64,000 bases of DNA, from the NCBI RefSeq assembly GCF_030144855.1, contig NC_082710.1, positions 55,366,001-55,430,000 of the forward strand. The letters are read 5' to 3'. Shown piece after piece: positions 12,960-24,449 of this stretch. Position numbers and translations under genes: made by a program. The notes under the pieces were generated by a model, which saw only the letters and a list, made by a program, of their open reading frames with translations, did not search any database and was not told where the DNA came from. Source of the stretch: Hypanus sabinus (taxonomy: Eukaryota). Each line of letters opens with the position of its first letter. Positions within the stretch are counted from its first letter, which is position 1.

Positions 12960-14565
12960 TTACTTTTTCATTGTTTGTGATGATAGAGACTGCAAAACCA
13001 GTAGTGAGGACCAAGAAGGTATGAACAAGGGGAGAACAGGAGCGCCTACAGGACTGCATTGAATCTGTGGACTGGACTGTATTCAAGAATTCATCTTCGA
13101 ACCTGGATGAGTTTGCTGCAGTTGTTACCGACTTTATTAAAACCTGCGAATGAATGTGTGCCTACAAAGACCTATTGCACATTCCTAAGCCAAAAGCTGT
13201 GGATAAACCAGGAGATACGTCATCTGCTAAAGGCTAGATCTGTGGCATTCAAGTCTGGCGACCCAGGCCTGTACCAGAAAACCAGGTATGATTTGCAGAG
13301 CACTACTTCAAGGGTGAAGAGACAATTTTGAATGAGGTTGGAGGCGATGTCGGTTGCATGACAACTCTGGCAGGACTTGCAAGACATTACTTCCTACGAA
13401 AGAAACCCAATAGAATGCTTCACTATCAGATGAACTCAACACCTTCTATGTATGCTTTGAAAAGGAGAATACAACTACAGCTGTGAAGATCCCTGCACTT
13501 GATGACCTTATGATCCATGTCTTAGAGGCCGATGTTAGACTGTCTTTAAAGAGAACGAATCTTCTCAAGGCAGAAGGTCCCAATGGAGTACCTGGTAAGG
13601 CTCTGAAAACTTGTGCCAACCAACTGGCGGGAGTATTCAAGGACATTTTCAACCTCTCACTGCTACGGGCAGAAGTTCCCACTTGCTTCAAAAAGGCAAC
13701 AATTATACCAGTACCCAAGAAGAATAACATGAGCTGGCTTAATGACTATTGCCAGTAGCACTCACATCTATAGTGATGAAATGCTTTGAGAGGTTGGTCA
13801 TGACTAGACTGAGCTCCTGCCTCAGCAAGGAACTAGATCCATTGCAATTTGTCTATCACCTCAATAGGTCAACGGCAGACGCAATCTGAACGGCTATCCA
13901 CATGGCTTTAGACCACCTGGACAACACAAACACCTACGTCAGGATGCAGCTCATCAACTATAGCTCAGCATTTAATACCATCATTTCCACACTCCTGATT
14001 GAGAAGCTGCAGAACCTGGGCCTCTGTACCTCCCTCTGCCATTGGATCCTCGACTTCCCAATCAGAAGACCACTAATTTACTGCACAGGACCGAAAGAAG
14101 CTGCAGAGTGTTATAAATTTAGTCAGCTCCATCTTGGGTACTAGCCCACAAAGTACCCAGGACATCTTCAAGGAGCAGTGTCTCAGAAAGGCAGTGTCCA
14201 TTATTAAGGACTTCTAGAACTCAGGGCATGCCCTTTTTCACACTGTTACCATCAGGTAGGAGGTACAGAAGCCTAAAGGCACATACTCAGCGATTCAGGA
14301 ACAGCTCCCTTCTGCCATCCGATTCCTAAATGGACATTGAAGACTTAGACACCACCTCACTTATTTAAAAAAATATAAGTATTTCCGTTTTTTGTACCAT
14401 TTTTAATCTATTCAATATACCTATATTGTATAAAGTATACAGAATATAAGATTTATTTATCTATTATTATTTTTCTTCTATATTATATATTGCATTGAAC
14501 TGCTGCTGTTCAGTTACAAATTTCATGACATATGCCGGTGATAATAAACCTGATTCTGATTCTGA
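12960..14565 (+). mobile_element. Rex1/Babar LINE, internally deleted
   Basis: [74 protein letters not shown], and tail AATAAACCTGATTCTGATTCTGA. Confidence 0.9.
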
Positions 14566-17164
14566 AAGTTGACCAAAATTTACTTCAGAAAATTTGTTAC
14601 CAGTAATGTTTTCAGTCATATTTCTTGCCTTCTGAACTAGCAGTAAGCTGTCGCACAACTTTAGGACTGCCATCTTAAATGGGATATATCATGGTTAGTA
14701 AATTAGCAGCTGACACTAAAATGGGTAGTGTCATTGACAGTGAAGATAGTTATCAGGATTTAACAGAGGGATCTTGATAAACTGAGTAAATGGGCTGAGG
14801 AATGGAAAATGGAGTTTAATTTGATAAGTACGAGGTTAGAACATTCACTGTCAATAGTTACTGTCTGCGGAGCATTGTAGAACAGAGAGATGTAGCAGTG
14901 TGGCTCCTTGAAAGTTACTCTACAAATAGAGTGGATGGTGAAGATGACTTTTGGCATCAGTCAGATCATCGAGTATGCTGCATTCATACAAAATGTTGGT
15001 GAGGCTGCATTTGGACTACTGCGTTTAGTTTTGGTCTGCTACAAGAAAGGTGTCATGAAACTGGAAAGAATGCACATGTGATTTACGAGGATGATGCTGT
15101 GTTTCAAGGGACTGAGTAATGGAGAGAAGTTGAACAGCTTGTGGATATTTTCACTGGAGTGCAGAAGAATGAGGTATATAAAATCATGAGGGGCATAGAT
15201 AAAATCAATGTGCACAGTATTTTTCCAAGTGTTAGGGAATCAAGAACTAGAGAGCACAGGTTTACATTAAGAGGCAACTTTTTCCATCCTGAGGGTGGAC
15301 AGTATATGGAATGAACTGTCAAGGGGACGTATTTGAGGTGATGTATTAACAGCATTTTTGAAAGGCACTTGGACAGGTGTACGGGTAAGAACAGTTACAG
15401 AGATCTGGGTCAAGCATGGGCACATGAGACTAAGTTAGATGGGAATCTAAGTTGGCGTTAACCAGTTAGACCAAAAACCTCTTTTACGTGTTGTATGGTG
15501 TCAATAAATCCGGCAAAATTGTTGCAACTAATATATTAAAAGCAGAGACAAACAATTCATACCCCTATCTCCAATATCATGTTGTCAAAAGGCAACACAA
15601 TTTGAAATGCTTTTTTTATGCAATAACTATCCTTGTTCTTGATTTAACACATGTAAACTAAAAATGTTCCTTTCTCACTTTCTAAGCTGCAGATGCAAAC
15701 TGGCTTGTCATAAATATTATCATACTACTATTATTTAGTTCTGGAGGAAACAAGAGTGTTTAGTATGTTGACACTTCTTAAGCACATGCCATTTGTTTAT
15801 TGGTTTGGCAATATAATTTGTTACAACAAAAAAAAATTCCCTTCAGGTGGCTTGAAACGTTTAATATGCACTCCATGACCAAAACATCCATGATTCGATT
15901 AAGATCAGAAGTTGCTTACATTGGCCAATAGCGCTAACCATTATCATTGAAATTAATATTAATATAAACTGCTATTTTTTTTCACAAGTGCTGTTTAATT
16001 TTAGACAAAAATTACTGTCTGATCACAGTTCATATAGTCACATTAAAACATCATAGTAAAGTGCTCTTCTAATATTACATACAAAAATATGAAAACTAAC
16101 ATTAATTTTAATACATTTATTCTTTACTGGAGAATCGCTGCACTGCCAATCATTAAAAAAAGGTACAGGATACAGAGGAAACCAACTTTCACCTGAGAAG
16201 TAGCAATCATGTTCCTTTGTGACTGCTTTGAATTCATTCAGGCAAATGGAAAAAGTGGTGCAGCACTGATATTAAAGGAATGTAATAAATGCATGAACAA
16301 AAAAATGATATTAGCTCAGAATACAGATGTGGAGCCTGTACAAGTGGACCTAAGAAACAGCAAGAGAGAAGAAATGACTGGTGGGAATTCCAAGTAGTAA
16401 TGTCAGGCGCTACATACAGTGGCATGCAAATGTTTGGGCACCCCGGTCAAAATTTATGTTACTGTGAATAGCTAAGTGAGTAAAAGATGACCCGATTTCC
16501 AAAAGGCATCAAGTTAAAGATGACACATTTCTTTAATATTTTAAGCAAGATTACTTTTTTATTTCCATCTTTTACAGTTTCAAAGTAACAAAAAAGGAAA
16601 AGGGCCCAAAGCAAAAGTTTGGGCACCCTGCATGGTCGGTACTTAGTAACACCCCCTCTGGCACAGCTTGTAAATGCTTTCTGTAGCGAGCTTAGGGTCT
16701 TTCAATTGTTGTTTGGGGGTCTTGTCCATTCTTCCTTCCAAAAGGCTTCTAGTTCTGTGAGATTCTTGGGCCATCTTACATGCACTGCTCTTTTGAGGTC
16801 TATCCACAGATTTTCAAAGATGTTTAGGTCAGAGGATTGTGAGGTCCATGGCAAAACCTTCAGCTTGCGCCTCTTGAGGTAGTCCATTGTGGATTTTGAG
16901 GTGTGTTTAGGATCATTATCCTGTTGAAGAACTCATCCTCTTTTTTTTCAGCTTTTTTTTTTACAGATGGTGTGATGTTTGCTTCTAGAATTTGCTGGTA
17001 TTTAATTGAATTCATTCTTCCTTCTACCAGTGAAATGTTCCCCATGCCACTGGCTGCAACACAAGCCCAAAGCATGATCGATCCACCCCCGTGCTTAACA
17101 GTTGGAGAGGAGGTGTTCCTTTCATGAAATTCTGCACCCTTTTTCTCCAAACACACCTTTGCTC

Positions 17165-17449
17165 TGTTACGTACCCCATAACTGAGTTAACCGACCAGCA
17201 GAAATGGAAGGATACGTTGGACTCTGGTGGTACTGTAACTAAAAATGTTTATTAGTAAACTAAGCAATACAGTATCAAAAATGCAAATATACATATAAAA
17301 CAGGTTAGCAATAATAAAAACAGAAGTGTAGGAATAATAATCAACAGTAATAAACAAGCTCTATCAAAGTCTAGGGGTAAATGAATTGTCATAAGAAAAT
17401 ATAGAGTTCTGTTCAGTTCGTGCTGAGGTGGTTGTTGTTGTGTTGCTAT

Positions 17450-17489
<40 letters not shown>

Positions 17490-18043
17490 GAGTGAGATGT
17501 GAGCAGCTGCAGCAGGCAAACCTTCCGTTATCTTCTTGTTCCGTTGTACCGATGTGGTCATTCGGATATGACCACCCTGTTCCCGGCTAGACCGTTTTTC
17601 CGTGGTGGGCTCGTCACTCTGGCATGAGTGGACACACACTCAAGCCCCCACCGGCCCCGCCGTCAAACTGTGAGCTTTGTGACCGATCTCCTGATTCGGT
17701 CCTCTAAGTCCCCACCTTCCTGTGGGTGCACAACACTCTTTCAGTGTCCACTGGTGTATCTGATGGTGTCTCCCCAGATCCATCTTTTATCCCCACTGAC
17801 GGGGTATCAGCTATCCATCAACTCACTATGTCCATGTCCATCAAACTAGTCCACTCCCTGCTGTCTCAGCAAGAAGGTTAACGAGCAAAGAAGCGTCCTT
17901 GTAGCAAAAAGAAAATAATCAGTGAAGAAGCTATAATACATAAATCAGTCCTCTCTCTCTCTCCCTCTCTCTCCATAGTTCCCGGGGTGGGGCGGGGCAG
18001 AAATAGCCCTGGACCCCATCTGGTTCGATCAGCACACATAACA
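17165..18043 (-). repeat. 3' LTR of the Gmr1-like element (879 bp)
   Basis: TGTTACGTACCCC...CACATAACA, colinear with 21598-24449. Contains a short (GA)n at ~17455-17484. PPT GAAGGGTGGGGG on the minus strand at 18044-18055. Confidence 0.92.
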
Positions 18044-18159
18044 CCCCCACCCTTCACGGAATTTTCACCAGGGTGACAATTAACTAATAAGGCACATTAC
18101 AGAATCTAATATAATACAGAAGTGGTCATTAATCAACAGAGTAACACAGATATGATTTC

Positions 18160-21100
18160 AAATTAACACCTGCATAAACAATCAGCAATTACACTGTCAG
18201 TCCCCTTTACATGTTGTATTTTAATATCAATTTCTTGTAACAACAGACTCCAACTTAATAACTGTCTATTTTTATTCTTCATGTTAGTCAAAAATACTGA
18301 GGGGTTGTGATCAGTATAAACTATCAATGGTTTCTGTGCAGAACAAATGTAGACCTCAAAATGCTGTAACGCCAGGATAAGTGACAGTGATTCTTTTTCT
18401 ACAGTGGAATTAATTCTTAGCTTAGGTGTATATTACAAAGTGTGAACCAATACATGTGTGATTACCATGTAACACATTACAAAAGTGTACACAAATACTA
18501 ATCTACATTTCACTTTTAAACTTAACATTCAGTCAATCAATCTACCATGACATTCTCTTTATCTTTCACAAACTTTGTCAAAAATAAAGTGAAATTCCCG
18601 CAAAACCTGATCCTGTTATTCAAAGTAGCATTTGGTCCGTCCACCCTTGCCTCTTTTCCACTTAACTCTCACGTGGTTAGCTGTCTCACCAGCCCAGATT
18701 AGGCCTTTACAGACCCCCTTCACAGGGGATAGCTTATCACTAATGTTTTCCAAACTAAGCCCATTTGCTGAATTTCCAGACAACTTATTACTTTTAAGCA
18801 GGTCATTAATTTTATCTTCAGGATCTTTAATTCTATTAGTTTCCAGTTTAACACCTGCAGGTGATCCCTCTTGGTCAAAACAACACTTTAAGTTCTGCCT
18901 CTCCACATCACATACTTGAAAAACATCACCATGTTGTTTATCCTTAAATTTCAAAATAAACTGTAATTGATTCGCAGGCACCTTGTTACCAAACCACTGA
19001 CCCTTCAGCATGGTTACTACTTCTAAAACCATTCCAGACTTTAAATTTTCCTTATTCAAAAGTCTAGGAACAATACTTTTCGCTTTTCCTTCAATAATAT
19101 TCACATCACCAGCTTTCATCTAATCATTAACTTTTAACACAAGTGACTGAGAATCCCCACTTTCTACTGGTGCCAGGGTTAACCCTTTCTTCACTGAACC
19201 AAGTCCATCTGACCCAAAAGGACTGCATTCCTTTTTAACCAAGTCAAACCCCTCAGACTTTTCCTAAGCTTCATCACAAGGCTCAGTACACTGTGCATCC
19301 ACAGGTACTTCCACAACCTGCACACAGGCCAACAGGACATCTGCCTCTCCTAGGCTTTCAATACCAGTCCCCCTTTCAAATTCCAAGTTTCCCTGATCCT
19401 CCCAGTTACTCTCTGGGCAACTCTCCTCTGGAGTAACACCAACCTTGCGGGTTAAAACAACCTCGTCTGCTAACCCAGCAGACTCCCTCAAGGTAGTGGC
19501 ATCCTTTTCATCTAGGACTGCACTTATATCATCGGGAACACACTTAAATTCTTCAACGACAACCAGCTCTTTCAAGCTACATAAATCACCAGTGTCCAAC
19601 CCTGGACCTTCTAGCTGCCACATCTGTTTCTCATCTTGGCTCTGTGCCTCCATAAATTCCTTCCTCGTTAATGGTAAATCCACTTCTTCTCCTTTACTCT
19701 CCTTAAACCCACTATCCTTTTCCTCCTCATCCAGTAACCCCCTCTGATACAAGACTGGTAAAAACGTCTCAGCTAAATCAACGCCGGACTCATTTAAACT
19801 GGTTCCTATCACAGCTGCATTTCTAGACATGCTGCGTTACTGCGCAGGCGGGATAAATCTTGGAATATATGGGCAAGTCCCCAGCACTTACAGGCTTGCT
19901 CATCAGCTTCACTGCTGAATACACATCCCCACCTGCAAGATCACTACCGAGTAGGATGTCCACACTGTCCATCGGTAGTTCAGACCACACCCCTATTTCG
20001 ACTGGTCCAGATACCAGGTCACTTTTCAGAAATATCTTGTGCAAAGGTTCGGCCTCAGTCCTTTTTCTGATACCTTTTATCACATTTACCTCCCCAGTCT
20101 CAGTACCGAATTCCAACACCTTCCTTAGGCTCAATGACTGACCAGCCCCAGTATCGCTCCAGATTCGCACTGGAACTGGAGTTTCTCCTTCTTCACAGAT
20201 ACCATCCCTTCCGAAATAAACTTCTCATGCTCCTCTTGGGCTCTATCTAACCTTGCCTTCCTCATCGGTCTGCTGACCGGCTCAATGCAACCAGTCGGGG
20301 TTATCGTCTTTCCTTTCCCTGTCTCCTTCTTCGGAGCCATGCACTTAGATACTATGTGACCAGCTTTCCCACAACTATAACATGTAAAGCTGGGAAACTT
20401 CTTGCCAGCCTGCTTTTCTTCCTTCTTGCCTTTTCCGGTAGGCCCCGGCTTATTCTCTGACATAGCCTGTGGGCTTTCTCTACCGTCTCTACTCCCTCTC
20501 TGGTAGCTCTTACTTGGGGGAAATTTTGTCTTGTGGGTTAAGGCATACTCGTCTGCTAACTTGGCAGTCGCAGACAGAGTCTCTGCCTCCTCTTCTAGAT
20601 AGGTCTGCATACTTTCAGGAACATAACCTTTGAACTGCTCAATCAGCATTAGCAGTGGCAGTTTGTCATAATCTCCAGTGACCCCTTTCGAGGCGCACCA
20701 ACACTCAATACATTTGCATCTCACGGGCAAACTCTAAATACGTGCAGTCCCACGGCTTTCTCAAATCCCGGAACTTCTGCCAGTACGCCTCTGGAATCAA
20801 CTCATAACTCCTCAGTATAGCCCTTTTTACTTCATCATAATCTTTGGCCTCCTCCATAGACAATGCCGAATAAGCTTGCTGAGCCTTCCCCCTAAGTACA
20901 CTCTGTAACAGAACAGCCCACTTCCTCTTAGGCCAGTCCTGATTCATAGCTACTTTCTCAAAATGGAGAAAATACCTATCAACATCCATCTCCTTGAATG
21001 GGGGTACCAAGTTAACCTCCTGACCAATCTTGAAGCCCTTGTTTGGGTCTGCTTCCTGGTCCTCTCCGCTCGATGCCTTTAACCTTTCTTTTTCCAGCTC

Positions 21101-21480
21101 AAATTACCTCTCTCTCTCTCCCTTTCTTCCTTCTGCCTTTCAGCTTCTTCCCTCTCCTTTTCAGCCTCTTCCCACTCCAGCTTCCTTATCCTGAGCTCAT
21201 GCTCCCTTTTCTTTTCTTCCTCAGCCAACTTTAATTTTTTCAACTGAAGCTGGAGCTCACCCACTTCTGGTTTACTCTCAGGGAACAGCTCCAACACCTC
21301 TACCAGGAACACGTTCTGGGATACATAATGCGCGGATATTGCTCTCTGTGTCGCCGACTTCCGCATCGCCAGCTTAACCGCCGAGAGATTCAACTGTCTC
21401 GCTATACTCAACAATTCCAACTTTCTGACATCCTCTAATGCCTCTGAAGTCGGTCCCTTTATAAATTTCTCAATCTCCAT
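18160..21480 (-). pseudogene. Frameshifted gag-protease plus degenerate pol remnant of the Gmr1-like element
   Basis: ORF pieces 21079-21480, 20705-21010, 20131-20730, 19823-20170, 19264-19830 and 18616-19119. RNase H tail EKESLSLILALQHFEVY..VYTDHNP..WSLLLQE..HVKG at ~18165-18410. No integrase core or RT YxDD seen. Confidence 0.85.
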
Positions 21481-21577
21481 CTCTGCTGGTTTTCTTTTCT
21501 AGTTTTCCAAGCAACCAGATCAGATGAGGGAATTCTACCCTGATTCACTGCCCCCCCCCCCCAATTTTGTAATCAAC

Positions 21578-21594
21578 TCCCGGACAAGCCCCCA
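21578..21594 (-). promoter_or_regulatory. Primer binding site complementary to tRNA-Pro
   Basis: Minus strand TGGGGGCTTGTCCGGGA, one mismatch to the canonical Pro PBS TGGGGGCTCGTCCGGGA, 3 nt from the LTR end. Confidence 0.88.
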
Positions 21595-21597
21595 ATT

Positions 21598-24449
21598 TGT
21601 TATGTACCCCGTAACTGAGTTAACCGACCAGCAGAAATGGAAGGATACGTTGGACTCTGGTGGCACTGTAACTAAAAGTGTTTATTAGTAAACTAAGCAA
21701 TACAGTATCAAAAATGCAAATATACATATAAAACAGGTTAGTAATAATAAAAACGTAAGTGTAGGAATAATAACAGTAATAAACAAGCTATCAAAGTCTA
21801 GGGGTAAATGAATTGTCATAAGAGAATATAGAGTTCAGTTCAGTTCGTGCTGAGGTAGCTGTTGTTGTGCTGCAAGGTTAGAGGGGGGGAGAGAGAGGGG
21901 GGGAAGAGAGTGGGGGGGAAGAGAGAGGGGGGGGAAGAGAGAGGGGGGGAAGAGAGAGGGGGGGAAGAGAGAGGGGGGGAAGAGAGAGGGGGGAAGAGAG
22001 AGGGGGAAGAGAGAGGGGGGAAGAGAGAGGGGGGAAGAGAGAGGGGGGGAAGAGAGAGGGGGAAGAGAGAGGGGGAAGAGAGAGGGGGAAGAGAGAGGGG
22101 GAAGAGAGAGGGGGGAAGAGAGAGGGGGAAGAGAGAGGGGGGAAGAGAGAGGGGGAAGAGAGAGGGGGGAAGAGAGAGGGGGGAAGAGAGAGGGGGGAAG
22201 AGAGAGGGGGGAAGAGAGAGGGGGAAGAGAGAGGGGGAAGAGAGAGGGGGAAGAGAGAGGGGGGAAGAGAGAGGGGGGAAGAGAGAGGGGGGAAGAGAGA
22301 GGGGGGAAGAGAGAGGGGGGAAGAGAGAGGGGGGAAGAGAGAGGGGGGAAGAGAGAGGGGGGAAGAGAGAGGGGGGAAGAGAGAGGGGGGAAGAGAGAGG
22401 GGGGAAGAGAGAGGGGGGAAGAGAGAGGGGGAAGAGAGAGGGGGAAGAGAGAGGGGGAAGAGAGAGGGGGAAGAGAGAGGGGGAAGAGAGAGGGGGAAGA
22501 GAGAGGGGAAGAGAGAGGGGGAAGAGAGAGGGGGAAGAGAGAGGGGGAAGAGAGAGGGGGAAGAGAGAGGGGGAAGAGAGAGGGGGAAGAGAGAGGGGGA
22601 AGAGAGAGGGGGAAGAGAGAGGGGGAAGAGAGAGGGGGAAGAGAGAGGGGGAAGAGAGAGGGGGAAGAGAGAGGGGGAAGAGAGAGGGGGAAGGGAGAGG
22701 GGGAAGAGAGAGGGGGAAGAGAGAGGGGGAAGAGAGAGGGGAAGAGAGAGGGAAGAGAGAGGGGGGAAGAGAGAGGGGGAAGAGAGAGGGGGAAGAGAGA
22801 GGGGGAAGAGAGAGGGGGGGAAGAGAGAGGGGGGAGAGGGGAAGAGAGAGGGGGGAGAGGGGAAGAGAGAGGGGGAAGAGAGAGGGGGAAGAGAGAGGGG
22901 GAAGGGAGAGGGGGAAGAGAGAGGGGGAAGAGAGAGGGGGAAGAGAGAGGGGGAAGAGAGAGGGAAGAGAGAGGGAAGAGAGAGGGGGGAAGAGAGAGGG
23001 GGAAGAGAGAGGGGGAAGAGAGAGGGGGAAGAGAGAGGGGGGAAGAGAGAGGGGGGGAAGAGAGAGGGGGGAGAGGGGAAGAGAGAGGGGGAAGAGAGAG
23101 GGGGAAGAGAGAGGGGGAAGGGAGAGGGGGGAAGAGAGAGGGGGGAAGAGAGAGGGGGGAAGAGAGGGGGGAAGAGAGAGGGGGAAGAGAGAGGGGGAAG
23201 AGAGAGGGGGAAGAGAGAGGGGGAAGAGAGAGGGGGAAGAGAGAGGGGGAAGAGAGAGGGGGGAAGAGAGAGGGGGGAAGAGAGAGGGGGGAAGAGAGAG
23301 GGGGGAAGAGAGAGGGGGGAAGAGAGAGGGGGGAAGAGAGAGGGGGGAAGAGAGAGGGGGAAGAGAGAGGGGGAAGAGAGAGGGGGGAAGGGAGAGAGGG
23401 GGAAGGGAGAGAGTGGGAAGGGAGAGAGGGGGAAGGGAGAGAGGGGGAAGGGAGAGAGTGGGGAAGGGAGAGAGTGGGGAAGGGAGAGAGTGGGGAAGGG
23501 AGAGAGTGGGGAAGGGAGAGAGTGGGGAAGGGAGAGAGGGGGGAAGGGAGAGAGGGGGGAAGGGAGAGAGGGGGGAAGGGAGAGAGGGGGGAAGGGAGAG
23601 AGGGGGGAAGGGAGAGAGGGGGGAAGGGAGAGAGGGGGGAAGGGAGAGAGGGGGGAAGGGAGAGAGGGGGGAAGGGAGAGAGGGGGGAAGGGAGAGAGGG
23701 GGGAAGGGAGAGAGGGGGGAAGGGAGAGAGGGGGGAAGGGAGAGAGGGGGGAAGGGAGAGGGGGGAAGGGAGAGAGGGGGAAGGGAGAGAGGGGGGAAGG
23801 GAGAGAGGGGGGAAGGGAGAGGGAGAGGGAGAGGGGGGAGGGAGAGAGGGGGTAAGGGAGAGGGAGAGGGAGAAGTAAGCAGCTGCAGCAGGCAAACCTT
23901 CCGTTGTACCGATGTGGTCATTCGGATATGACCACTCTGTTCCTGGCTAGACCGTTCTTCCGTGGTGGGCTCGTCACTCTGGCATGAGTGGACACACACT
24001 CAAGCCCCCACCGGCCCTGCTGTCATACTGTGAGCTTTGTGACCGATCTCCTGATTCGGTCCTCTAAGCCCCCACCTTCCTGTGGGTGCACAACACTCTT
24101 TCAGTGTCCACTGGTGTATCTGCTGGTGTCTCCCCTCATCCGTCTTTTATTCCCACTGACGGGGTATCAGCTATCCATCAACTCACTATGTCCATGTCCA
24201 TCAAACTAGTCCACTCCCTGCTGGCTCAGCAAGAAGGTTAACGAGCAAAGAAGTGTCCTTGTAGCAAAAAGAAAATAATCAGTGAAGAAGCCTTAATACA
24301 TAAATCAGTCGACTGCCCTTCTATTATCTGTAGCAGATACCTTTACCTCTGTTCTACCTCTCTCTCTCTCTGAATAGCAGCATAGTTCCGGGGGGGGGGG
24401 GGGGAGCTCTGGACCCCATTTCCATCTGGTTTGTTCAGCACACATAACA
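21598..24449 (-). repeat. 5' LTR of the Gmr1-like element, expanded to ~2.85 kb
   Basis: Colinear with the 3' LTR on both sides of the purine tract. Confidence 0.9.
21880..23875. repeat. ~2 kb homopurine minisatellite
   Basis: Units G4-7AAGAGAGA (mostly 13-14 nt), changing near 23385 to G5-6AAGGGAGAGA (mostly 16 nt). Only a handful of T and no C on the + strand. Confidence 0.97.

Larger units (their letters stand above)
10965..15510 (+). mobile_element. Old CR1 LINE broken by nested insertions
   Basis: CR1 RT sequence stops at 11253, resumes at 11987 (VDAVCMDFSKPF), stops near 12235 and resumes near 14690 (SKLAADTK) through to the 3' tail. An upstream ORF2 piece at 8580-8980 probably belongs to it. 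Confidence 0.65.
17165..24449 (-). mobile_element. Non-autonomous Gypsy LTR retrotransposon, Gmr1-like (SCAN-type gag)
   Basis: TG..CA LTRs at 17165-18043 and 21598-24449, 4-bp TSD GCTC (17161-64, 24450-53). Gag VPPFKEMDVDRYFLHFEKVA..W..GKAQQAY, SCAN-like YDEVKRAILRSYELIPEAYWQKFR, CCHC CYSCGKAGHIVSKC, protease DTGAGQSL..DILLGSD, and an RNase H C-terminus beside the PPT. Confidence 0.92.

Noticed and set aside
16110-16195. Possible terminal exon on the minus strand (VKVGFLCILYLFLMIGSAAILQ* then AATAAA)
   Set aside because: No recognisable homology or linked upstream exon; such signals are common by chance in AT-rich DNA.
21880-23875. CRISPR-like array
   Set aside because: No unique spacers; it is a simple tandem repeat in eukaryotic DNA.
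21835-23999. Long ORFs of 686-719 aa rich in P/S/L or G/E/R
   Set aside because: They are stop-free translations of the homopurine minisatellite inside an LTR, not genes.
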